In this document: positions 1 through 8,299 of the stretch, one piece after another
How the letters are laid out: every line of letters begins with the position of its first letter
Numbering within the stretch: position 1 is the stretch's first letter
Assembly: GCA_963667495.1 (NCBI GenBank)
Contig: OY763426.1
Location: forward strand, 4,878,927-4,942,926
Length of the DNA: 64,000 nt
Source of the DNA: Candidatus Binatia bacterium
GTDB lineage: Bacteria; Desulfobacterota; Binatia; Bin18
Direction: 5' to 3'
The notes under the pieces: generated by a model
The model's input: only the letters and a program-made list of their open reading frames with translations
Database searches by the model: none
What the model was told of the DNA's origin: nothing
Program-made: the position numbers and the translations under genes

Positions 1-229
1 ACCGCAGTCCCAGTCGCAAGACCTCAAGCGCGAGTTGCTGGAGCGCAACAAGCCCGCGCTTTCCGGCCGGGTCGTGGCTGGCCTTATATGTAGCAACCGC
101 CCCGAGCAAATCGCCCTGCTTGGCCTGGTCCACTGCGGACTCGTCCTCAGTCGCCCTGGCGAAGGGGGGGGCGCTGACGAGCAGCAGCAAGAAAATCAGT
201 AGACTGTAGGCATGACAGCGTTTCTTCAT
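1..229 (-). CDS. Hypothetical secreted protein, N-terminal fragment. Gene starts at 229 and continues past the window edge.
   Basis: Minus-strand ATG at 229-227 is preceded by AAGGAG (reverse complement of 235-240). The translation MKKRCHAYSLLIFLLLLVSAPP... has a signal-peptide-like hydrophobic core. Confidence 0.35.
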   Translation of the reverse strand, partial: MKKRCHAYSLLIFLLLLVSAPPFARATEDESAVDQAKQGDLLGAVATYKASHDPAGKRGLVALQQLALEVLRLGLR

Positions 230-296
230 GCTTACTCCTTTCGTCTGGCACCCAAGGCGCGCCCTTCCGTCTCTCTCTAAAAGAGCAGCGGTTCAG

Positions 297-731
297 CTAT
301 GCGAGATGGCCGACCTGTCGCAGTACCGCAGCGTGGTCCCAGTAAATGCGTTCCGCGGACATCTTCCCATCCCGAAACTCAATGATAATGACGAGTTCTG
401 CGGTGATAGTCTTGCCGGTCGGAGGAATCCCGGGCAGGAACCAGTCCATCTGTTTTGAATGGACCATACGGATTGTGGCTTCCTCGACAATACAGTCGTC
501 AGTCACCACCCGGTTTGTCATGGAGTGTTCCCATTCAGCGGGAATCGAAGGGATGAACATATCCCGATAATAGGCACGGAGTTCGGCCTTGCCCTTCCCT
601 CCGGAGCGCGTCGGCATATGCATGACCGACGCGTCTTCCACCATGGTCGAAAGAGACAGCTCTTCGTCTTTTTCGACAAACTCGCCTATCACGTGCTCTT
701 CCCAGAGTTTGACCATACCTTCCGCAGCCAT
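297..731 (-). CDS. NTF2-like / SnoaL-like domain protein
   Basis: About 144 aa with an alpha+beta-barrel-type sequence (MAAEGMVKLWEEHVIGEFVEKDEELS...RIYWDHAAVLRQ). Start moved to the internal ATG at 731, which has AAGGGAGA 8 nt upstream. Function unknown. Confidence 0.5.
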   Translation of the reverse strand: MAAEGMVKLWEEHVIGEFVEKDEELSLSTMVEDASVMHMPTRSGGKGKAELRAYYRDMFIPSIPAEWEHSMTNRVVTDDCIVEEATIRMVHSKQMDWFLPGIPPTGKTITAELVIIIEFRDGKMSAERIYWDHAAVLRQVGHLA

Positions 732-764
732 CTCGGCGTCTCCCTTTTTCCGGCTCTCCACAGG

Positions 765-1788
765 TCATCTCACTGACGGGATGACTTCTTTGGCAAATCG
801 TTCAATCGTCGTACGCGCCACCGCTTCATTCTGGGTTGTCACAAAGATAGCAATATCGGTCAGGCCGGCGGCTTTGAGTTCATACGCTTTGTCAATACAG
901 TCTTGCGGCGTTCCGGCAATGGTACATTTCCGGGCAACGACATCAGGAATAAGTTCCCGATGTTTGGCGGTCAAGTCAAGATGCTCAGAGAAACGGTAGC
1001 TTTCGGTCACCGCTTTCACCACATCGGCATGCTCAAGGCCAAGCGTATCCGGCAGCCAGAGTTTGTTGGCGATATTCCGCGCTGCGGTGGGACGCACCTG
1101 ATCGAGTGCCACGCTCCGATCATCGTCAATGGCCGCGTCAATTGCGGCGATAAAGCGGAGTTGGGCGGGGTCCTTACCCGCTTTTCGTGCACCTTCACCC
1201 GCCGCCTCAACCGCAACCCGCGCACCCTCCCCGTTTCCGCCCATATGGCCATCAACAATAACGCCGTCGCCTATTTCACCGATCAGCGCGGCGGCTCGCG
1301 GACTCATGATCGCAACCTCGATGGGCACCTTCCCCCACGCTTCAGCCCCGGCCACTCTCAGCCGTAATTCCTGGCCCCAGGTTTTCTTTTGCCCAGGGTT
1401 GGACACAGCCGGAGCTTCCACCTCTTGTCCGGACAGCAAATTGCGAATAAAGACTACATCCCGACGCAGTTGGTCTCGCTTAGCCGGGGATAGGCCCGCG
1501 GTTCTCACGGCCGAGTCGCCTGCACCGATACCGAGCACGGCGCGGCCTTGGCTGAGCATATTGAGCGAGACCATTGCATTGGCCGTCACGGTTGGATGGC
1601 GGGTGACCAGATTCGTCACACCGGGCCCGAGTTTCACCCGTCGTGTGGCTTGGGCGCAGCAGGCCAGACACATATAGACATCGTTCCACAGCATCTGCGA
1701 GTCACCGACATACACCGTCTCAAAGCCACCGGCTTCGGCGCACTGGGCGAGGCGAAGTAGTAGGGCCAGATCATGACACTAAATCGCA
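765..1788 (-). CDS. Luciferase-like monooxygenase (LLM, flavin/F420-dependent family). The 5' end is apparently frameshifted.
   Basis: The ORF 765..1715 translates to LLM hallmarks (AEAGGFETVYVGDSQ ... LGPGVTNLVTRHP ... LGIGAGD). A strong SD plus ATG sits at 1788 and encodes MRFSVMIWP (the LLM beta-1 signature), but in a different frame from the downstream LLM body. The frame switch is near 1745-1752. This is either a single-base indel or a sequencing error. Confidence 0.6.
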
Positions 1789-1898
1789 TCGCTCCTCTCT
1801 CCGATATGTCTCATTCAGCAGTTCACTGACTTATCCCTTCCACTTTTCTTCAAACATCATTCTGAGAGGAGACTGCCTTTAGGTGCTGCAGCTCCACG

Positions 1899-2153
1899 TT
1901 ACGCCGACTCAAGACCCGCACTAAGCTGTCTAGCCTGCTGGTCGAGCCCCTGAATGGCGGCCTGTATTGCGTTGATTTCGCGCTCCTCGAAATATGCCTC
2001 ACCACACTGCTCACATACCCAGGCGGGGACCGTGTCAAACACCAGGTGATAGCCTTTGCGATCAATATGGAAAGGCGCGTTCGAGTGCTCCATCTGTCCC
2101 TGACAGTGGATGCAGTTCATTGTGACCTCCTTGTACGTAAGTTTTGCTCCCAT
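1899..2153 (-). CDS. YgiT-type zinc-finger protein (MqsA-family antitoxin-like)
   Basis: 84 aa with CIHCQG...CEQCGE zinc ribbon followed by a short helical tail. Overlaps the upstream DUF4258 gene. Confidence 0.6.
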   Translation of the reverse strand: MGAKLTYKEVTMNCIHCQGQMEHSNAPFHIDRKGYHLVFDTVPAWVCEQCGEAYFEEREINAIQAAIQGLDQQARQLSAGLESA

Positions 2154-2443
2154 TCTTCCGCTGTAGGGAGATACGCCGTGATTATCGCAAGCAAATCCTC
2201 TTTAGGCGCGCAAACAACGTGGATATCCCGCTGGTCAACGCCCTGGCCATATAGCAGGCAGCTATGGCCGCGTACATCCTCGGGGTAGTCCTCGATTAAC
2301 TCACCTTGCATAATAATCGCTCGAACCTCACTTGGCGTAATCATCCTATCCGGCCGTGCCATTTGGCGAACTGCATGGGGAAGAAAAAGTATGCGTTGAG
2401 TAGCAGCGCGTCGTATGCGTTCAAGAATGTCTTGTGAAACCAT
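2117..2443 (-). CDS. DUF4258 domain protein (toxin-like)
   Basis: The internal start MVSQDILERIRR... was chosen. The core ILFLPHAVRQMARPDRMITPSEVRAIIMQGELIEDYPEDVRGHSCLLYGQG...IHVVCAPKEDLLAIITAY is typical of DUF4258. It lies between the HicB-like and YgiT genes. Confidence 0.6.
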   Translation of the reverse strand: MVSQDILERIRRAATQRILFLPHAVRQMARPDRMITPSEVRAIIMQGELIEDYPEDVRGHSCLLYGQGVDQRDIHVVCAPKEDLLAIITAYLPTAEEWEQNLRTRRSQ

Positions 2444-2486
2444 TCCTTCAATCTTGTCGCTATAATCGGCAAGAGGCTCGATGGAG

Positions 2487-2657
2487 TTAGGGTATCCCCT
2501 TTTCCGCCCGCATCTCAAGGCAAAGGACAATGGCTTCCTTGATATTATCGAGAGCCTCACCCCTCGTTTTGCCTTGACTCACACACCCCGGAATTGCGGA
2601 GCATTCAACAACCCATATCCCGTCTTCGTCTCGATCAACCGTCACATTAAATTTCAT
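2487..2657 (-). CDS. HicB-like / UPF0150 family antitoxin
   Basis: MKFNVTVDRDEDGIWVVECSAIPGCVSQGKTRGEALDNIKEAIVLCLE matches the HicB N-terminal fold pattern. The start was set at MKFNV. Confidence 0.55.
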   Translation of the reverse strand: MKFNVTVDRDEDGIWVVECSAIPGCVSQGKTRGEALDNIKEAIVLCLEMRAEKGIP

Positions 2658-2697
2658 TTTTTCCCCTGAGGTCCAAGGTTTGCAGTATAGAATACCT

Positions 2698-4452
2698 CTA
2701 ATCCTCTCCACTGCCCTGTCGCAATTGCGCGGTTTTTATAGCATCAACCTCGAATGTTATTGGATCCACCACTACCCCATAGTCTCGCTGTGCGCTTTCA
2801 ATAGAAACCAATCCATCCTTTACGTCTTGTACGACCTTTTCGATAGCACGCTTTTTGGGGTCGCCAAATCCGCCTCCGCCACTTGAGAGCAGTTCCACTT
2901 CATCTCTTTTGGACAGGGTACTCATGGAGTTGACGGCGACCTCTTCCGTCCGGCCGTCGGCATAGTGAAAAATCTGCCGGTTGGGCGGTGCGCCCTGTCC
3001 TCCCCGCAGGCCGAACGGTGCCGTGGCGGGTTGGGTACCGCTCCCGAAGTTCGCACACGCAATATTGTCAGCCTCGACCCGCCAGCGATAAGTCACACCC
3101 ATGCCACCCCGCCATTGCCCGGCTCCGGCGCTATCCTGACAATACTCAAACTGCTCAATGAAATACGGGTTGACCAGTTCGTGCAGTTCAGGGTCCGGCG
3201 AACGCAGTCCCCCCAGACATATGGCAGTCCCGATGTGGTCCCAGCCGTCAAAGCCGGCAGTGGCTCCGCCGCCACCTTTACTTAAAAAGTGAATCTCCCC
3301 GAACGGCCGCCCGGTACGTGGATTCATACCCGTGGTGGCTGGCGCACACCAGCGTCCCCAGGCGGCCTGAACACGCTCAGGGATAACCTCCGCCAGGGCC
3401 AACCAGATTGCTTCGGTTATGGTTTCGCCGGTTAAGACCGTACAGGCCGTGCTTGGTGCTGGCTCGACCGGATTCACCACACTCCCGCTCGGCGCCACGA
3501 TGGAAACCGGCCGCATGGCCCCTTCGTTATGTGGCACCTCGGAGTTGACCAGAGTAAACAACGCCAGGTAGCTCGCGGAAGCGGTATTGGCAAACGGACT
3601 GTTGACATAGCCGGGGACCTGACCGTCTGAGCCTGAGTAATCCAACGCTACAGACTCGTCCTGCACTTCGACTTTGACCCGGATGGTCACCGGCCGGTCG
3701 TGGACAACACCGTCGTTGTCGATCTGTCGCTCGGCCAGATACCTGCCATTCGGGATCGTTCGAATTTCCTCGCGCATGTGTTTTTCCGAGGCATCCAGGA
3801 GTTGCTCAATAACCTGCTCGACAACGGCGATTCCATGTTTCTTCACCAGCGCGGAGATATTGCGTTCGCCCAGGCCGGCGGCGCCAACCAGACACTGCAA
3901 ATCCCCCTCGACCAAAAACCGCAGGCGCACATTGGACACAATCATTTCCCACAGGCCGCGATTGATCTTTCCCTGCTCATAGAGTTTTGCGGGTGGAATC
4001 CGTAGCCCCTCGTCCCACACATCGCGTGCTTCCGGGTGATAACCCGCCGCACCGCCACCGCCTGTGTCTGCCTGATGTCCTTTCGTGACCGCCCAGAAGC
4101 GCAGTTCGCCATCAATATAAACCGGCTTGGCAATCGTAAAATCAGGCGGATGATTATTGCCCCGATACGGATCGTTGAGAATGAAGACGTCGCCCTCGTG
4201 CGTATCGTCGGCATAGGTCTCGGCAATCGAACGGACCGCCCAGGGCGTTGCAGCAAGGAGGATTGGAATATAAGCCGTCTGAGCGACCAGACGGAGCTTG
4301 CGGTCATAAATAGCGGTCACAAAATCGCGCGCCTCACTAAAAATGGGCGAGCGCGAGGTCCGCAGCATGGTCTGGCCCATTTCTTTGGTAATCGAGTCCA
4401 AGCGGTTCGCAATGACCGATACAAGGATCGGATCAATCCTGTCCGTTTGCAT
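2698..4452 (-). CDS. hyuB: Hydantoinase B / oxoprolinase family protein (HyuB-type)
   Basis: 585 aa starting MQTDRIDPILVSVIANRL. Conserved N-methylhydantoinase B / acetone-carboxylase-type blocks (ILNDPYRGNNHPPDFT, GLRIPPAKLYEQG). The start overlaps the end of hyuA. Confidence 0.85.
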   Translation of the reverse strand: MQTDRIDPILVSVIANRLDSITKEMGQTMLRTSRSPIFSEARDFVTAIYDRKLRLVAQTAYIPILLAATPWAVRSIAETYADDTHEGDVFILNDPYRGNNHPPDFTIAKPVYIDGELRFWAVTKGHQADTGGGGAAGYHPEARDVWDEGLRIPPAKLYEQGKINRGLWEMIVSNVRLRFLVEGDLQCLVGAAGLGERNISALVKKHGIAVVEQVIEQLLDASEKHMREEIRTIPNGRYLAERQIDNDGVVHDRPVTIRVKVEVQDESVALDYSGSDGQVPGYVNSPFANTASASYLALFTLVNSEVPHNEGAMRPVSIVAPSGSVVNPVEPAPSTACTVLTGETITEAIWLALAEVIPERVQAAWGRWCAPATTGMNPRTGRPFGEIHFLSKGGGGATAGFDGWDHIGTAICLGGLRSPDPELHELVNPYFIEQFEYCQDSAGAGQWRGGMGVTYRWRVEADNIACANFGSGTQPATAPFGLRGGQGAPPNRQIFHYADGRTEEVAVNSMSTLSKRDEVELLSSGGGGFGDPKKRAIEKVVQDVKDGLVSIESAQRDYGVVVDPITFEVDAIKTAQLRQGSGED

Positions 4453-6571
4453 TCCACGCCCCTTCCGCACCGGCCGGGCGACCGCCCAACGCTGTCAAGA
4501 GTTCGCCAAGTGGTCGCTCGGCCAGATGCATGGCATAATTACGGTAGGCATCACAGACCAGACGATAGCCAGGCGGGACCAGGACGGTGGTGTTGGACTG
4601 TTCGATCAAGGCCGGTCCGGTGAGAGCCATGCCGCAATCGAACTGCTCCCCAGCATACACAGAAACCTGATGCGGCGTACCGGAGAAATACGCTTGACGC
4701 TTGCCTTTGAGCGCGACAGTCGGGTCCGCGTCTCCAAGAAGACGTGGCGTAAGTCTCGGTTTCTCTGTAAGTCCCAGCGCCTTGACCCGCAGATTGATCA
4801 TTTCCAAAGCAGCTCCCGGCATGGCATATCCATAGAGCGCCTCATGGAGACGATGAAAACGTGCGGCGACTACCGCCAGTTCGGGTTCCGAGAGAGGGGG
4901 CTGGACCGGGACTTCGACCTCATGAAATTGGCCAACGTAGCGCACATCGAAGGTTGTGCGAATCTGTATTTTCTCCGTTGGGATGCCTTCCGACGCTAAG
5001 GTTGCTCGTGCCTGCTCTTCAATCTCCCTCAGGGTACGGTTGATCTCGTCGGGAACGATGGCGTCCCACTCTCGGGTGAAGGTCTGAACGTAGTCGTGCT
5101 GTAAATCAGAGATCAGCATGCCGGCCGCACAGAATACCGATGACTCCTGGGGAATCACAACCAGCGGAATATCCAATTCTCGGGCTATCATCCCGGCGTG
5201 CAACGGTCCGGCTCCACCGGCAACCACAAGAGCAAACTCACGCGGATCATAGCCCCGTTCGACCGAAACACCCTGAAGCGCCGTCGCCATGTTAGCGTTC
5301 ACAATGCGATAGATACCCTCGGCGGCCTCAATAGGAGAGAGGCCCAAGGGCTCGGCGATCGTGTTTGTCACCGCACGCTGAGCCCCATTATAATCGAGGG
5401 GCATCTCCCCGCCTAACAATCCATCTGAGGAAAGATAGCCAAGAACCAAGTTGGCATCTGTCACTGTGGGTTCGACTCCGCCGCGGCCATAACATACTGG
5501 ACCTGGCTCAGCTCCGGCACTCTTGGGTCCGACCTGGAGAATCCCCCCGGCATCGATCCAGGCAATACTACCCCCACCGGCGCCAACCGTGTGGATATCC
5601 AGCACGGGCAGAGCCAATCGATGGCCGCCAATCTCCCCCTCCGTTGTTGTCACCGGCTGACGGTCGTGAATGAGACAAGCATCAAAACTGGTCCCGCCCA
5701 TGTCAACCGTGATCACGTCACGCAGGGCGTAGGTGTCAGCATAGAACACGCCGGCCATGGGTCCGCCAGCCGGACCGGATAGGAGGGTATTCGCGGCAAA
5801 GCGGCGTGTCAGGTGGGGCGACATCACACCGCCATTCGACTGCATAATGAGCAAGACGCCGGGAAATCCCGATTCGTCCAACTGACTTTCAAGCTGAGTC
5901 AGATAACGCGACAGCGGGGGGCCAACGCTGGCGTTGAGGACGGTGGTGGAATGTCGCTCATAGGCCCGAATTTGCGGCAACACTTCAGAAGATAAGGACA
6001 CATACACCTTGGGTAAGGCCTCCTGGATAAGCTGACCGGTTCGTCGCTCATGGGCCGGATTTAAGAAAGACCACAGATAACTGACCGCCACCGCTTGGAT
6101 AGCATGCGTCCGGATGTGTGCAATCGCGTCCATCACATCCGCTTCGTGCAGGGGGGTTACCACCGCACCCTCAACATTGACCCGTTCGGTAATGGGATAA
6201 ATATGCGTCCGAGGAACCAAAGGTGGTGGCGGGCCGTATTTGCTATCGTACTGACGTTTGCGCAGCCCCCGCCGCATATTGAGCACATCGCGAAAGCCGC
6301 GCGTCGTCAGCAAGGCGGTCTTGGCCCCTTCCCCAGTCAAGACGGCGTTGGTCGTAATGGTCGTCCCATGAACGATGACGCTGACGCGGCCAAGGAAATC
6401 CGACAGCTCACGCTCGAAAGAAGCGGCAATCTTGCGGAGTCCCTGCAAGACGCCGACCGCGGGCTGGTGGGGCGTAGTCGGCGTCTTATAGATTTGAGCC
6501 GCGCCCTGCGAATCCGTGACAAGAAAGTCGGTGAACGTGCCGCCGACGTCAATGCCGATTTTGTATTTCAT
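4433..6571 (-). CDS. hyuA: Hydantoinase A / oxoprolinase family protein (HyuA-type)
   Basis: The start MKYKIGIDVGGTFTDFLV (actin-like ATPase fold motif) overlaps the DUF35 stop as ATGA. The family is recognisable along the whole length. Confidence 0.85.
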   Translation of the reverse strand: MKYKIGIDVGGTFTDFLVTDSQGAAQIYKTPTTPHQPAVGVLQGLRKIAASFERELSDFLGRVSVIVHGTTITTNAVLTGEGAKTALLTTRGFRDVLNMRRGLRKRQYDSKYGPPPPLVPRTHIYPITERVNVEGAVVTPLHEADVMDAIAHIRTHAIQAVAVSYLWSFLNPAHERRTGQLIQEALPKVYVSLSSEVLPQIRAYERHSTTVLNASVGPPLSRYLTQLESQLDESGFPGVLLIMQSNGGVMSPHLTRRFAANTLLSGPAGGPMAGVFYADTYALRDVITVDMGGTSFDACLIHDRQPVTTTEGEIGGHRLALPVLDIHTVGAGGGSIAWIDAGGILQVGPKSAGAEPGPVCYGRGGVEPTVTDANLVLGYLSSDGLLGGEMPLDYNGAQRAVTNTIAEPLGLSPIEAAEGIYRIVNANMATALQGVSVERGYDPREFALVVAGGAGPLHAGMIARELDIPLVVIPQESSVFCAAGMLISDLQHDYVQTFTREWDAIVPDEINRTLREIEEQARATLASEGIPTEKIQIRTTFDVRYVGQFHEVEVPVQPPLSEPELAVVAARFHRLHEALYGYAMPGAALEMINLRVKALGLTEKPRLTPRLLGDADPTVALKGKRQAYFSGTPHQVSVYAGEQFDCGMALTGPALIEQSNTTVLVPPGYRLVCDAYRNYAMHLAERPLGELLTALGGRPAGAEGAWNANGQD

Positions 6572-7044
6572 GCTGTGACAATTTTCACGGGGGAAGTTTC
6601 CCCCACGCCCCCTCGGACCAGGGTAAAAGTCGGCACATAGCGTTCGTCCCCCTCGGGGTCCCGCCCGACCGCAGACGGGCAGAGGCGGACAGTGCATCCC
6701 CGCTCAACCTGGGTAGGCTCCGTTTCAACTAGTCGCGTGAAGATGCGCAGCCCTTCGACCAAGACTACGGCAAAAATCAACGGACGCGGAAAGCCCGGCG
6801 GGACGCCGGCATCTTGGATGGTATAGGCGTGGATCGCCCCCCGGCTCGGCAGTTCAACCCAGTCGAGCCGATCCGAGAGACATTCCGGACAGACTACACG
6901 CGGTGGCCAGTGGCGCAGGGCACACGGCGGACAAAATGTTGTGAGCAGCTTTTGCGATCGCAGGGCTTCGTAAAACGGAGCCAGTCGGGTGTTCTGACTG
7001 CCCTGGAGTGGAAAGGGATCGACGGCGCGGAAATACTCGCTCAT
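6568..7044 (-). CDS. DUF35 OB-fold / C4 zinc-ribbon protein (thiolase partner, BbsA/ChsH2-C-like)
   Basis: CPPC...CPEC zinc ribbon followed by an OB-fold region. It sits directly downstream of the thiolase with a GGGAG SD. Confidence 0.7.
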   Translation of the reverse strand: MSEYFRAVDPFPLQGSQNTRLAPFYEALRSQKLLTTFCPPCALRHWPPRVVCPECLSDRLDWVELPSRGAIHAYTIQDAGVPPGFPRPLIFAVVLVEGLRIFTRLVETEPTQVERGCTVRLCPSAVGRDPEGDERYVPTFTLVRGGVGETSPVKIVTA

Positions 7045-7050
7045 GGGCTA

Positions 7051-8214
7051 CTACTCCCGCCCGTAAATCATAACCACATGCTCGCCCATGCCACTATTAT
7101 TATGCGTCAGTCCGATATGTGCCTCCGGGACTTGGCGCTCGCCGGCCTCCCCGCGTAGTTGCCAAAAGGCTTCGACCCCCTGAGCCACCCCCGTGGCCCC
7201 AAGCGGATGTCCGCAGCCCATCAGTCCACCGCGCGGATTAACAACCACGTCACCGCCATAATCGGACCGTCCTTCCGCAGCGAACGGACCGCCTTCGCCC
7301 TTAGAACAGAATCCAAGCTCTTCATAGGCAATAATCTCGGCGATGGCAAAACAATCGTGAACCTCGGCAAAATCGACCCCGCTCGCCGGTATCCCGGCCA
7401 TGGCATAGGCGTCCCCGGCGGCCTGTTTCATAGCCGGCCAACTGGCATAATCCGGGTCTAGGCTAGAGACAGAAAACCCGTGGACTGCCTGTCCGGTTCC
7501 GCGGATAAAGACGGGCTTATCCGTTATATCCCTGGCTCGCTCTTCGCTCGCCAGAATAACGGCCGCAGCACCATCGGTGATAGGCGAACACATAAACAGC
7601 CGGAGCGGAGATGCGATCATGCGCGAGCACACAACGGCGTCCAAGGTGACCCCGTTCTGAAAATGGGCGTACGGATTATTGCTTGAATGTGTATGGTTTT
7701 TCACCGCCACCTGAGCCAGTTGCTCTTCTGTTGTGCCGTATTCAGCCATATGCAGTTGGGCAGCCAGGGCAAAGGAAGGCGGGGCGGTGAGTCCAAAACA
7801 GGCTTCCCAGTCTCGGTCCACCCCAGCCCCCATATTCAGCACGGCCTCACCCATATTGGGGAGATTGAGCTTCTCGACCCCCAGCACCATGACGACATCG
7901 GCCAGACCGGCGGCAATAAACGCGTAGGCATAGCGTATCCCTGCCGTGCCACTGGCACACATATGTTCGGTCCGGGCCGAGAGCTTGCTTGGTTGAATGC
8001 CCAGCGTTTCCGCGGCAAGCGGAGCAATATGACTTTGAAAGGCCGCCCGCTCAGGCAGGACAGCACCGACGACCAGCCCTTCGATATCCTTGGGTGTCAG
8101 GGGCGGAACAGAAGCAAAGCAGGCCCGGCCAGCCTCGGCCAGCAATTCCCGAAAGCCGGCTGCGCGCACCCCAAAGCGCGACAGTCCCGCCCCAACCAGG
8201 GCAACCCGACGCAT
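7051..8214 (-). CDS. Thiolase-like protein (SCP-x / non-decarboxylating thiolase family)
   Basis: MRRVALVGAGLSRFG...CASGTAG (active-site Cys region) ...GCGHPLGATG (C-terminal thiolase motif). Start at the ATG at 8214, which has AAGGAG upstream. Confidence 0.8.
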   Translation of the reverse strand: MRRVALVGAGLSRFGVRAAGFRELLAEAGRACFASVPPLTPKDIEGLVVGAVLPERAAFQSHIAPLAAETLGIQPSKLSARTEHMCASGTAGIRYAYAFIAAGLADVVMVLGVEKLNLPNMGEAVLNMGAGVDRDWEACFGLTAPPSFALAAQLHMAEYGTTEEQLAQVAVKNHTHSSNNPYAHFQNGVTLDAVVCSRMIASPLRLFMCSPITDGAAAVILASEERARDITDKPVFIRGTGQAVHGFSVSSLDPDYASWPAMKQAAGDAYAMAGIPASGVDFAEVHDCFAIAEIIAYEELGFCSKGEGGPFAAEGRSDYGGDVVVNPRGGLMGCGHPLGATGVAQGVEAFWQLRGEAGERQVPEAHIGLTHNNSGMGEHVVMIYGRE

Positions 8215-8299
8215 ATACAACTCCTTTTTGTCTGAGACAGCCCTACCTAATCAAGAATTCTGTTTGCTGAAAAGGCGCTGCTGCTTCCTGGAAACAGTC

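Noticed and set aside
228-776. Plus-strand ORFs 228..458, 346..570 and 459..776
   Set aside because: They overlap the minus-strand NTF2-like gene and are low-complexity. There is no SD and no motifs.
1753-1788. MRFSVMIWPYYFASPSAPKP treated as an independent small ORF
   Set aside because: It is the expected first beta-strand of the luciferase-like monooxygenase and shares nucleotides with the enzyme body in another frame. A frameshift is more parsimonious than an overlapping gene.
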